Assembly (NCBI RefSeq): GCF_018350175.1
Contig: NC_058368.1
Location: forward strand, 165,294,001 to 165,358,000
Reading direction: 5' to 3'
DNA length: 64,000 nucleotides
Source: Felis catus
Lineage: Eukaryota
The translations under genes and the position numbers were made by a program. Below are positions 25,448 through 35,959 of the stretch, piece after piece. How positions within the stretch are numbered: position 1 is the first letter of the stretch; every line of letters starts with the position of its first letter. Below the pieces are notes generated by a model that saw only the letters and a program-made list of their open reading frames with translations, was not told the DNA's origin and made no database searches.

Positions 25448-26300
25448 ATGAAACCCTTTCTTTCATTTGTTCTGGCACTGGCCTTCATCAATTTTCCCAG
25501 GCCATTGCTAATGGGGTAAACTTTGCCTGTTAGAGTACTGGATTTGTCATAAAAAACAAAACAAAACAAAACAAACAAAACTGCCACCTTAGTAATGCCA
25601 CCTTGGTTGAAAGTGGTTTGTGCCCCAACAGGGTTTGTCTTTGTGACATGTATTATCTTCCTTGGGCCTATGCTTGCTTAGGTAGCCTGCAGACAGCTGG
25701 GCAGTACCTCTCACAAATGAGCGAAGACATCTTATTGGCCATCTCCTCTGGATTTACATCATTGAGTTAGGGGGAAAAAAACAAACAAAAGAATCTCCAT
25801 GACTTATCAGGAGGCATATATGACTCAGGATTTGCTTTCTTTCACAGGGCAATACTTCTGTGTTCAGGAGTAAATGTAAATATCATCCAGAACCTATCCT
25901 TAAATCCTGAAGATACTACAAAACTTATTGCTAAGACAATATCTGCCCAACAAAGATCCTCAAACCCTCTGGCCAAACTTGTTCTTGATAATAGAAGAAC
26001 CTCTGATTATACTGTAGCTGAGCAAGGAGGAGTCTGTGCTGTGGCCAATACCACCTGCCGCACCTGGCTTAGGATTTCTAGGAAAGTTGAAACTCAATTA
26101 CATAGAGACCCAAGCAAGCCACTCAGCTTAAAAAAGGGACTCCTTCAGTGGGGTCTTTCTTTGACTTATCTGATTTGACTGGTGGTCTTGGGAACCATAG
26201 CTCTGAAATGCATTCCAAACATTGGAGATTATTATGATTACTGTAAACAGGAGTTCCCATAGTGTGCTGAATTCTCTCAAAAGTTTTATATGCATGTTTG
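25448..26300 (+). pseudogene. env: env remnant (shortened SU, recognisable TM)
   Basis: ATG at 25448 with hydrophobic start, YWICH (decayed CWIC) at 25536-25550, CAPTGFVF, and a stop-free frame 25771-26178 containing LVLDNRRTSDYTVAEQGGVCAVANTTCRTW. Confidence 0.85.
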
Positions 26301-26503
26301 TAGCTGGTAACCACCAAGGAAACCATCTGCCTAAGGATCAAAGAAAATGGCTGGCTTAAAAATTGTGAACCTGAAGTTATGACCAGTGAATACCACACAC
26401 ATGCACACAAACAACAAAAACTTCAGGAAATACAAAGCAGTAGCTCAGAGTGGCGCTAATGCCTTATTTTTGATCACTTCTTTCAGTTAAGCTCAGTCAT
26501 ATC

Positions 26504-26515
26504 AAAAGAGGAGAA
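26504..26515 (+). other. Polypurine tract
   Basis: aaaagaggagaa immediately before the 3' LTR start TGTT. Confidence 0.85.
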
Positions 26516-26516
26516 T

Positions 26517-26914
26517 TGTTAAAAAGAAAACCACAGTCTCCAAATGAAGTTGCTTATGTTAGAAGCCCCAGGTCAGAAAACCAAGACTTAATACCTAGCC
26601 TCAAGGCAGTTTCAACCCCCCAAGGAATGTAACCTTTAACTAGTTAACCTGGAATTTCCTGGTCATCACTAGGGAACTTACTGGTTGACTCCTTCTGTTT
26701 CCCTTAGGAGACCATCCTTGCCTAAAACAATGTATTGTTTGCTAAGAATTTTCTTTTTATCTCCACTCCTTCTCTACCTTTAAAAGTCTTTCCTTTTCTT
26801 CAGCTCAATGGAGTTCCTTTCTGTTTGTTAGGTTGGATGCTGCCTGATTCATGAATTGTTTAAGAAAGCCACTTAGATCTTCAAATTTACTCAGTTGAAT
26901 TTTGTTGTTCAACA
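26517..26914 (+). mobile_element. 3' LTR of the provirus
   Basis: TGTT...AACA termini, follows the PPT, followed by TSD cctc. Confidence 0.93.
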
Positions 26915-27085
26915 CCTCAGAATAGCCCAAAGAGGTAGCACTTATGCCACATCATCTCATAGATGAGGGATCAGAGGCTCAGAAGGTTGTGTCAGTTCTC
27001 AAGGTGACAGAAATAGAAGGTGTCAACAACAAATTTAATTCTGGAACTGTTTGACACCAAATCTTGCACTTATGAACACTATGCC
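26915..27085 (-). mobile_element. MIR SINE abutting the provirus
   Basis: 'atagatgagggatcagaggctcagaagg...caaggtgacag' is a reverse MIR core. Confidence 0.7.
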
Positions 27086-27247
27086 AAGAGAAAACTTATA
27101 GTATCCAAGTTTTTGATTGAAAACAGTTTGAATCTTAGTTTTCAATTTATTTTTAACCCTTGCTAATGAAAGAAGTATGTAAAGCTATTAAATGCCAAAA
27201 CAGTCCTGTCTTATCTGTTTCTATTACTGTTAATTTGTTCCCTTAAT

Positions 27248-27646
27248 TGTTAAAAAAACAAATTCAATCGAGTAAATTTAAAGATGATATAGGCTTTATT
27301 TAATGATTCATGAATCATGCAGCATTCTTTCTAACAAATAGAAAGGAGCTCCAAAAAGCTACAGAAAAGAGAACGTTTTTTAAAGGCACAGAAAGGGTGG
27401 GAAGAGAAAATTTATAAGCAAAGGGTGGATTGTTTCAGGCTAGGTAACCTACTGATAGGGGACAGAAGGGGTCTTATCAGTGATTACCTCATGAGTGCTA
27501 GCCAAGTAATTCCAGGTTGATTAGGTAAAGGTTACACTCCTGGGAAAGGCTTGAAACTGCAATTATATTAGGTATTAAGTCTTGGTTTACTGATGTGGGG
27601 TTAAGCACAAGTGATTACATTTTGGGCCTGTTGTTTCTTTTTAACA
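27248..27646 (-). mobile_element. Solo LTR related to the provirus LTRs, inverted
   Basis: TGTTAAAAA...TTTTTAACA termini; 'ttaggtattaagtcttggttt' and 'aattccaggttga' are reverse complements of provirus LTR motifs; flanks taat/ttat. Confidence 0.88.
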
Positions 27647-27860
27647 TTATCAAAGCCTTAACAAGAAATTGAAGCATTTTAGAGATAAAATATAAAGAAT
27701 ATTAACACTTATGTACCCCAAATATAGCTTAAAAATTGAAATGTTACCAAACTGTTTTGACTCTTTACATAATTCATATAAACACAATTAATTACCTACC
27801 CCTTCCTTCACAATGTAGCCACCATTCTTAAAAAGGTGGTTATCATTCCCAAGGAATTTT

Positions 27861-28048
27861 ATTTTAGTTTTCTTTAATTTTTTTTTAATGTTTATTTTTG
27901 ACAGAGAGGGAGACACCGAATCTGAAACAGGCTCCAGGCTCGGAGCTGTCAGCACAGAACCTGACATCAGGCTTGAACACACAAACTGTAAGATCATGAC
28001 CTGAGCCAAAATTGGACACTCAACCTACTGAGCCACCCAAGTGCCCCC
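27861..28048 (-). mobile_element. Felid CanSINE
   Basis: Reverse SINE; TSD attcccaaggaatttt (27845-27860 / 28049-28064). Confidence 0.95.
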
Positions 28049-28166
28049 ATTCCCAAGGAATTTTAAATGAAATAACAATTTCTATATGTAGGGCCTAAAA
28101 TCAGTGGATATAAAACAGTACAATCATAATAGAGGTTTTGTTTTATTTTATATAATATTCTAAATA

Positions 28167-28558
28167 TGTTTTTAAATAAAAACAAATCTGAACTCAGCCA
28201 AGGAAAGATTATCTGAAAAGACTATTATAATAGGGAGAACATCCAGAACTTGATATCTGCAAGTATTTCTCATACAAAGCAAATGCAAAGACTTTTATCC
28301 AGAGTAGTAAGCAGGGTTAAGCAGGGTCAGCAAGAACTGAGAGGGGCAAAGGTGGTGTAACAGATAATGTTTCCTTCTGTTACCAGCTGATCAATCGAAT
28401 GAGCTTTAAAAAGACTATGTTCTACCCCTTTAGTACTACCTTCAAATGGAGAGTAAGCTAAAGTTCATAGGCCTATGGGGAGAGGGGAAGCCTGACTACA
28501 TTCTGGCCAAGCCACATCAGTGAGTAAGTAAATAAGCCATTTGTGTTCACCTTGGTCA
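28167..28558 (-). mobile_element. Old ERV1 solo LTR (MER110-like)
   Basis: TG...CA ends; 'aaaacaaatctgaactcagccaaggaaaga...gactattataatagggagaac...atctgcaag' resembles MER110-type LTR text as recalled. Confidence 0.55.
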
Positions 28559-28754
28559 TCATCTTTATGTTTAATATGGGCAAAGTCTGTTTAAATATAA
28601 TTCAAGATGGATAAGAGTTGTGAATTTGAAGTTTGTAGTTTCCAGAGTTGGATTGTCCTTTGCTTTCTTTTTGGTCTTGATGGACTAGTTGTATCATCTC
28701 TTGAGCATGTTGTTGGACTATGAGTAGTTAGAATATTTAAGAGATCAAGCACTT

Positions 28755-28964
28755 GGGACAGCTGGGTGGCTTAGTAGGTTGAGCATCTGACTTTTGGCTC
28801 AGATCTTGATCTCACATTCGTTCATGGGTTCAGTCTCTGTGCTGCTCTGTGCCACATCAGGTTCTGTACTGACAGCTCAGAGCCTGGAGCCTGCTTTGGA
28901 TTCTGTGTCTCCATCCCTCTCTCCCTCTCTAAAAAAATAAAATAAAACATTAAGAAAAGAGAAA
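28755..28964 (+). mobile_element. Felid CanSINE
   Basis: 'gggtggcttagtaggttgagcatctgact...cagctcagagcctggagcctgc'; TSD gagatcaagcactt / gagaccaagcactt. Confidence 0.92.
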
Positions 28965-29011
28965 GAGAGACCAAGCACTTGGTGAGAACCATACCTAAGA
29001 ATATAATAGAA

Positions 29012-30310
29012 AAGGAGTTGACCAAGGTGGCAACATAGGAGGCTCCTAAGATTCCCTCTTCCCATGGCTGCATCAAATATACATACATGGAGAGATTCTC
29101 TCTGAAAGAGACCCCAAAAATAGCTGAGTGGCTCCCACACACAAAACAAATTAGAAAATACCCACATCAAAATTAATTACAAGACTTGATGTGCTTCTAC
29201 CCAGAGACTAGGGGAGCTGGTGGACACTGCTCCTACGGGCTCCCTCCAGCCTGCTCCAAGTCACCAAAAACTCCCTGGAAGGAGCTTGCATAAACGTCTG
29301 CACCCCAGCTTTTGCAACTGCTGCCAAGGGACGGGTCCACAAATGTCTGATTCTGAGCTGAAGGGGTTTCTATTCATGAGTCCCCCAGGACTGTGGCAAA
29401 CAAAGAAGTGATTGTTAACCAGCTATCTCACTAGGGCTCAGCCCAGAGAGAGCCACCAAAATTGTCCATATCTCAGTCACAAAGGTGTAAATGTAGAAAT
29501 TAATTACAAGAAAAAAACTTGAAAATTCACAAATATGTGGAGATTAAATAACTTGTCCCTGAACAACAAATGAATCAGGAAAAAAAGGGGGGGGGGGTCA
29601 AACAATATCTTGAGGCAGATGGGAATGGAAACACAACATACCAAAACTTATGCAATGCAACAAAAGCAGTCCTAAGAAGGACATTTATAGAGATAAATGC
29701 TATTTTAAGAAATAAGAAATATCTCAAACAACCTAACTTAATTTCTCAAACACTGGAAAAAGAAGAGAAAATTGAGCTCAGAGTTATCAGAATGAATTAA
29801 ATGCCAAAGATTAGAGCAAAAATAAATGAAACAGAAGCAAAAGGAAAAAGCTCAGTGAAATGAGCTGTTTTTTTTTTGAAAAGATAAACAAAATCAACAA
29901 TGTTAGCTAGACAAACCAGGAAAAAATATGATGTGTCATATAAAATTATAAATGAAAGTGAAGGCATTACAACTGATACTACACAAATATGAAGGGTCAT
30001 AAAAGAATATTACTAATAATTATATGCCAACAAAGTGGACAACATAAAAAAACACGGATAAATTCCCAGAAACACAAAAGACCAACACTGAATCATAAAG
30101 AAAAAGACAATCTGAAGACCAATTACTAGTAAGGATACTGAATTACTAGTCAAAAGTTTCCCAACAAAGAAAAGTCCAAGGCCAACAGACACAAGAAAAG
30201 ATGGTCAACATCACTAGTCATCAGAGAAATGCAACACAACCACTCTGAGATGATGACCTTACATGTGTCAGAAATGCTATAATCAAAAAGATAAGAGACA
30301 TCAAGCGCTT
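29012..30310 (+). mobile_element. Doubly deleted L1 (5'UTR, mid-ORF2 and 3'-ORF2 pieces)
   Basis: L1 5' start 'ccaaggtggcaacatagg', then ORF2 'NGNTTYQNLCNATKAVLR' region 29480-30180, then 'gccaacagacac...atcagagaaatgcaa'. Confidence 0.85.
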
Positions 30311-31780
30311 CAAAAAGTTCAAATTAACTGCTCCAAAAAGATGACAGTATAGGGAATATTATTTTAAAGTATTTCCCTCATTATAATTTAATACCACTTA
30401 TCAATTTTAAAAATACTACCTTTGACAAAAAAAAAATTATATCACTGTATAATTTACCGGTGTATTCATATGTCTATTTAGGAGTTCAGGACCATAGGCG
30501 TGCCTGAAAGGATTTTTCACAAAACAACAACAACAACAAAATGAAAAAAGAGAGAAACCTATCACCATTAGACAATTGAACTTTTACTATATAGAGGATG
30601 CTTAGAGTACATATACACAGAACAACAATTTGTAAAATTTTCTTATTTATAAATACATCCTTATTTACATGGAAACTTTTTTCTAGATACTTTTTAGATA
30701 TTTGAGATAATTATGAAATAGTTTCTTTATGACTATTAGTAAACACAATATAAATGGTATTTCTCCACGTGTGCTCATAAACCTTAATTATAAATGTACT
30801 GTGAAATTTTTATAAAATAAAGCCATATTGTGATTACAAAAGTTTATGTTCTTTCCAATCTAAAGCAAGCTGAACTAAATTTAGCTGTATAATACGATGT
30901 TTTTACTTTGTTTTATGGTAAACAATTCCAATAAACCATACGGTTATGCAGTATTTGTTAGGCAGTGCATATTGTACAAAAATGGTTTATCCTTTTTATT
31001 GAATTTATTCATTCCAAACAATAGTATGTCATTTCAATAAACAGAAAAATTAAGATAAGACTGATTTATAGAAATATTGGAAAGGGATCACTATGTAGTC
31101 CTTTAAGAGGAGAATATGTTCAAATACTTGTAGAAATTTGAATGTTAAATAGTTGAATGAGTTAACTAATGAATTCAGCAAAAATGATTGACTTGTTAAC
31201 ACTTAGCATTGAATTTCTGTTTAGAATAATCAAAGTGGAAATTTTGAATTTAATTTTGTCAAAGGATTTGTATGTAATAAAGCAGATTTATTTGGTATAT
31301 AACATCTGCCTCATTTTATTCCAGGAGTTCTAATAGAGAAGCAAGTTTTCATGATTTAGAGTATAAAATTCTAAGAAAAAAAGAAAATGTGTCTATCCTA
31401 ACTACTGTATTTCATTCAAAACAATATCTGCCCAGTAGCTATCATAAAATTCATCTCTTTATAAAAGAAATCTGTTCTTTTCTATTTAGAGAATTAATAA
31501 AAACTTAAGATTTTTTTCCTAAGGCAGAATTCAGTCCTATTTATATTTCTAGAAAAAAAATCAAGATTCTTTCCTTAGAACTTTTATTTAGCTGTTATCT
31601 CCCTCATTTTTTCTTTTTAGTTTTTTCTAAGAAATGGCTACAATGGAATACAAACTCTAGTAGCATTTTTATTACAATTTAAATTATGATAATCCAAGGA
31701 TATTCGCAGAACAGAAACATAGGTGTTTGGGAATTGGCCCATCACTCATTTTTTTCTATTGGCTAATTCCTCAGTGCTTT

Positions 31781-31989
31781 ATTTATTTATTTTTTATTTT
31801 TTTAAATGTTTATTTTTGAGAGAGTCAGAGTGTGAGTGGGGAAGGGCAGAGAGATAGAGGGAGACACAGAATCTGAAGCAGGCTCCAAGCTGTCAGCACA
31901 GACCTGGACACATGGGTCAAACCTGAACTGAGAGATCGTGACCTGAGCCCAAGTTGGACACTTAATTGACTGACCCACCCAGGTGCCCC
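31781..31989 (-). mobile_element. Felid CanSINE
   Basis: Reverse SINE ending 'cacccaggtgcccc'; TSD core tcagtgcttt on both sides. Confidence 0.93.
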
Positions 31990-33346
31990 ACATCAGTGCT
32001 TTAAATGGACATCCTCTAGTGATCCAGAGCCCCTGATACTGCACAACACAACACTGAATGAGCATAAACTGATAACTTCACTTGACTTCACAGTTTGATA
32101 GATATATAAGTAATGTAACTGGAGTACAGAGTTGGGTTGTTATCTTGCTCAATTGTTCTGCCTACTGGGAGGCAACCATTCTGGTGATTGATGAGGAAGG
32201 TTCTGGTACATAAAAATTATATATTCATGCTCACACTTAGGTTCTTTGGTAAAGACCAAATAGCCAAGAGAACTATTAAAGCACAGACTGTAAGTTAGAG
32301 AAGAATGTCAATTAATAAATGGAATTGATCAGGTAGGTGTTAGAGGAATCATTTAAACTCTTTGCAGCAAATTTACATGTTATTAATATGCTATTATTTT
32401 CATGTACTACATGCCCTATTACATCTTAGTAAGGATCTTCCCTTTTCCAGATTATGATATTGCAAATACTTAAATTTGGAGAGGAAAAATTGGGACAGAT
32501 GGCCATTCAATCTATATGCAAAATGAGAAAATTTCAGTGTAATAGGAGGAAAAGTACCTGCCAATAACTCATACCATAGCTTTCCCTAACTTGACTGAAT
32601 ACAAAGAATAAAAATGTTAATTGCACTATCATACAAATTATACTAATTAAAACAAAATAGCCAATCAACAACAAATAACAACAACAAGGAAATATGCCCT
32701 GAATCTAATATTAAGAATGTTGATAAAAATGATTTAAAATAGGTTGTAAAACCTGAAGGTATTTTGAATGATGATGTATGAAATGAGGTTTGTAGACAAT
32801 GGTAGTCTTATTTCCTCTTAGAAACTTGAATGATTTGAGATCTTCAGGGCTGGACTAAATCCCTAATTCAGGCCAAGTGGATTTAACTAATGCCAAGCCA
32901 GCAGACAGTGTTTCCAAGGGCAACATGCTGTTCTTCATACCCAAAGGGCATAAAATACAGATTAACTTATGTTCCACCGAATAATATTAGATGGTACTCT
33001 TGAGTAGTATAGTGAAAATATTCTACAAATGTATAAAATTACTCTTTTCATGAGTTATATTTCCTGAATATTTGCATTATGTTTTAATTCCTCCTTAGGT
33101 AACACCAAAACAGTATTAAGCTCAGAAAGAGTACATAATGGGTCAAAAGAGTCAAAAATAACATTTAGAGACTTCTTCCAACCATAGATATCAAACCAAT
33201 GAACAGGATTAACTAAAGTTAAGTACCTAGAATAGACCTCAATATATGTTAATGATAATCATGAAGTTAGTGGGAAGTATATTGGTGACTTTTGTCTCAT
33301 TTTGAACTCTACCAAAGCACTGAGATATTTTAAAATAGTATTCTTT

Positions 33347-33563
33347 AAATTTTTTTTCAACGTTTTTTATTTATTTTTGGGACAGAGAGAGACAGAGCAT
33401 AAATGGGGGAGGGGCAGAGAGAGAGGGAGACACAGAAACGGAAACAGGCTCCAGGCTCCGAGCAATCAGCCCAGAGCCTGACGCGGGGCTCGAACTCACG
33501 GACCGCGAGATCGTGACCTGGCTGAAGTCGGATGCTTGACCGACTGCGCCACCCAGGCGCCCC
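33347..33563 (-). mobile_element. Young felid CanSINE (SINEC_Fc type)
   Basis: CpG-rich body; perfect TSD aaaatagtattcttt starting at 33332 and 33564. Confidence 0.97.
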
Positions 33564-34779
33564 AAAATAGTATTCTTTAAATTAACTTTTCTTGTCCTCT
33601 TTTATTTAATTATCTGAATATACCATAAGATTGACTATCGTTTTATTCTCATGTTAGTGGATAAAGAAGCATGTTTGTAAATTGGGCAGTAAGTTAAGTG
33701 AATCCTCAGTCCATCCAAAGGCCTTTTGAATAAGAACCACAGAAATGTTTATAACAATAACCATAAAAATATATTAACATAAATATTTACTGTTCTTTCA
33801 CAATAAAATGTATGGTCTGATGTTTTTGGATGGTGTTACATCTATTCTTTATATTTTTTTGATTTGAGTAGTTCTTCATTTTTAAATGATTATTAAATAT
33901 TGTTTTATTATATACCCATTGCCATATCTCAAAATTAGTATAGGATACTTTTATTACTATGCATTATTTTCAATAAGAAATACCACAGAGGATAATTAAA
34001 TGTTCTGATAAATTATAGCATAGGTAGTGGACATTTATTTCCTTTCCTTTTTTTATGACACAAACTCTGTGCCTTCAGATAGGCTAATTCCATCCAGATA
34101 TTCAAAAAAGGGTTGGACTTATTTTTAAGGTAACCCTCCCATCTTATTACTTTATTTAGGAGAGTGCAGCACTGATGAATGCATGGCATACTTCTGGCCA
34201 CAATTAGACATCAAAGGCAGTGATATAGCAATTATACATCACAGTTAGCTCTCATAGAAAAAAGTTTGATGAAGCTTTTGGAGGAAGGTAAGTAAGAAGC
34301 CCATCTCCCAGAAGGATAAGTATTAGAAAGAATTGCAGAATAAAGAACCCACTTTAAACATACTTGGAGCCAGCTCTCCAACTCTGTTTTCAGGTTTATA
34401 CTAATGGGGGAGCCTAAAGAATCTCTTGTTGCTTAAGTCTTCTGTTGCTTGAAACAGAAGCATTTAGTATTCTAAATGATTTTCAGTGTTTGTGAATAGA
34501 ATCCTTTCTTATACTTTTGATAACTAATAGTGCTTAATCTAGTCTCTTAAAATTGTTCTCCACTCAAAACAAAGTTAATTTGTATAAAGTAACATGCTTG
34601 TGGATTAAAAGACTTGACAGAGTGTTGTAACTGGAACTACCACTGTAATACTAGAAGTGTATAGAAATTAACTCTAACGGGTCGCTCGATAAATGTGTGG
34701 AAACAGGGTTATGAGCACAGAGTTGTGGATATTTGCAAGCATTAGAAGTTACTCTTAAAGGTTAAAACTACATTTTTTT

Positions 34780-34980
34780 AAAGTTTATTTTGAGAGAAAG
34801 TGAGCGAGCATACATGTACCTATGAGCGGGGGAGGGGGCGAGAGAGTGATAGAGAGAGAATCCCAAGGAGGCTCCTGCACTGTCAGCACAGAGCCACATG
34901 CAGGGCTCAAAATTATGAACTGTGAGATCATGACCTGAGATGAAGTCAAATGCTTAACCGACTGAACCACCCAGGGGCCC
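34780..34980 (-). mobile_element. CanSINE
   Basis: Reverse SINE; TSD core gttaaaacta at 34761 and 34982. Confidence 0.92.
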
Positions 34981-35036
34981 AGTTAAAACTAATTTTTTTT
35001 TTTTGAAGAAAAATACTGGTTGGGAGAGACCACATC

Positions 35037-35039
<3 letters not shown>

Positions 35040-35071
<32 letters not shown>

Positions 35072-35222
35072 GATATATATATATATGGATATATATGGAT
35101 ATATGGATATATATATATATGGGGATATATATATGGGTTAAAAGACTATATATATAAGTATATATATAAATATATATATTATATATATAATACATATATA
35201 CATATGTATATATGCATATATA
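35040..35222. repeat. Compound microsatellite (TG)n followed by (TA)n with GGATATAT variants
   Basis: Seen directly in the sequence. Confidence 0.97.
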
Positions 35223-35959
35223 AAATGAACACTCACACATTTCCATAAGACCAATCCTTTCTGACCTTCATATTCCCATCAGAGCATCCTTTGGGAAAAT
35301 ATAAGACCAGTGAATCATTCAGGACAACTGAACTGCAATAACACAACTATAGACTTATAACAAAGGTTAACATCTTGCTAATGCTACATGTCCATCATGG
35401 ATGGCTATGATTCAGTCCAGCATCACCTTGACTTGGGGAGCAGGTTGATTTAGCTATCTATCAGAGAAATAGCAGAAGTAAAAGATCTGGTAAGCCAAGG
35501 GTGACACTTAAAGGATTATTAACAAGTGACAGTTCATTTTAGCCCACATTTCATTTCCCAAAGTCACATACCCACTCCTGAAGTAAGCAAGATAAAAATA
35601 TAAATCTTCCTGCAAGGAGTGGTGGACTGGGACATGAGTCACATGGCTGAACCTAAAATCAAAGATTCACCAATGTATAATCCTCCTATAAAAATAACTG
35701 AATATATATAACCATTAACAGTCTCTTGCAACCATTCCCATCCCTTTTATTGTTCTAACACTTTGCCCTGCCAATCAGGTGTTGCCTTTGCAATGTTAGG
35801 ATTAATCTCAATGCCCACTGACTCCATTTGGGCTACAATAGGAGACTCAGATACCCTAAATCACCTACCATTCTGTGGACTCTGTCTTCTACATAGCTCT
35901 CTAAGTTCTAGGTGTTCACTTTTGTGGCCTATTTATCAACTCCTGAAACTCTTCCTGTG

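Larger units (their letters stand above)
20523..26914 (+). mobile_element. Two-LTR non-autonomous gamma-like (ERV1) provirus, 6.4 kb
   Basis: Direct LTRs at 20523-20949 and 26517-26914, 4-bp TSD cctc (20519-20522 / 26915-26918), PBS, PPT, and gag, IN and env remnants. Confidence 0.93.

Noticed and set aside
34285..34293. Perfect splice donor AAG|GTAAGT
   Set aside because: An isolated 9-mer with no supported acceptor or reading frame; expected by chance in 64 kb.
34989..35248. Tyr/Ile-rich ORFs on both strands
   Set aside because: Artefacts of the (TG)n/(TA)n microsatellite.
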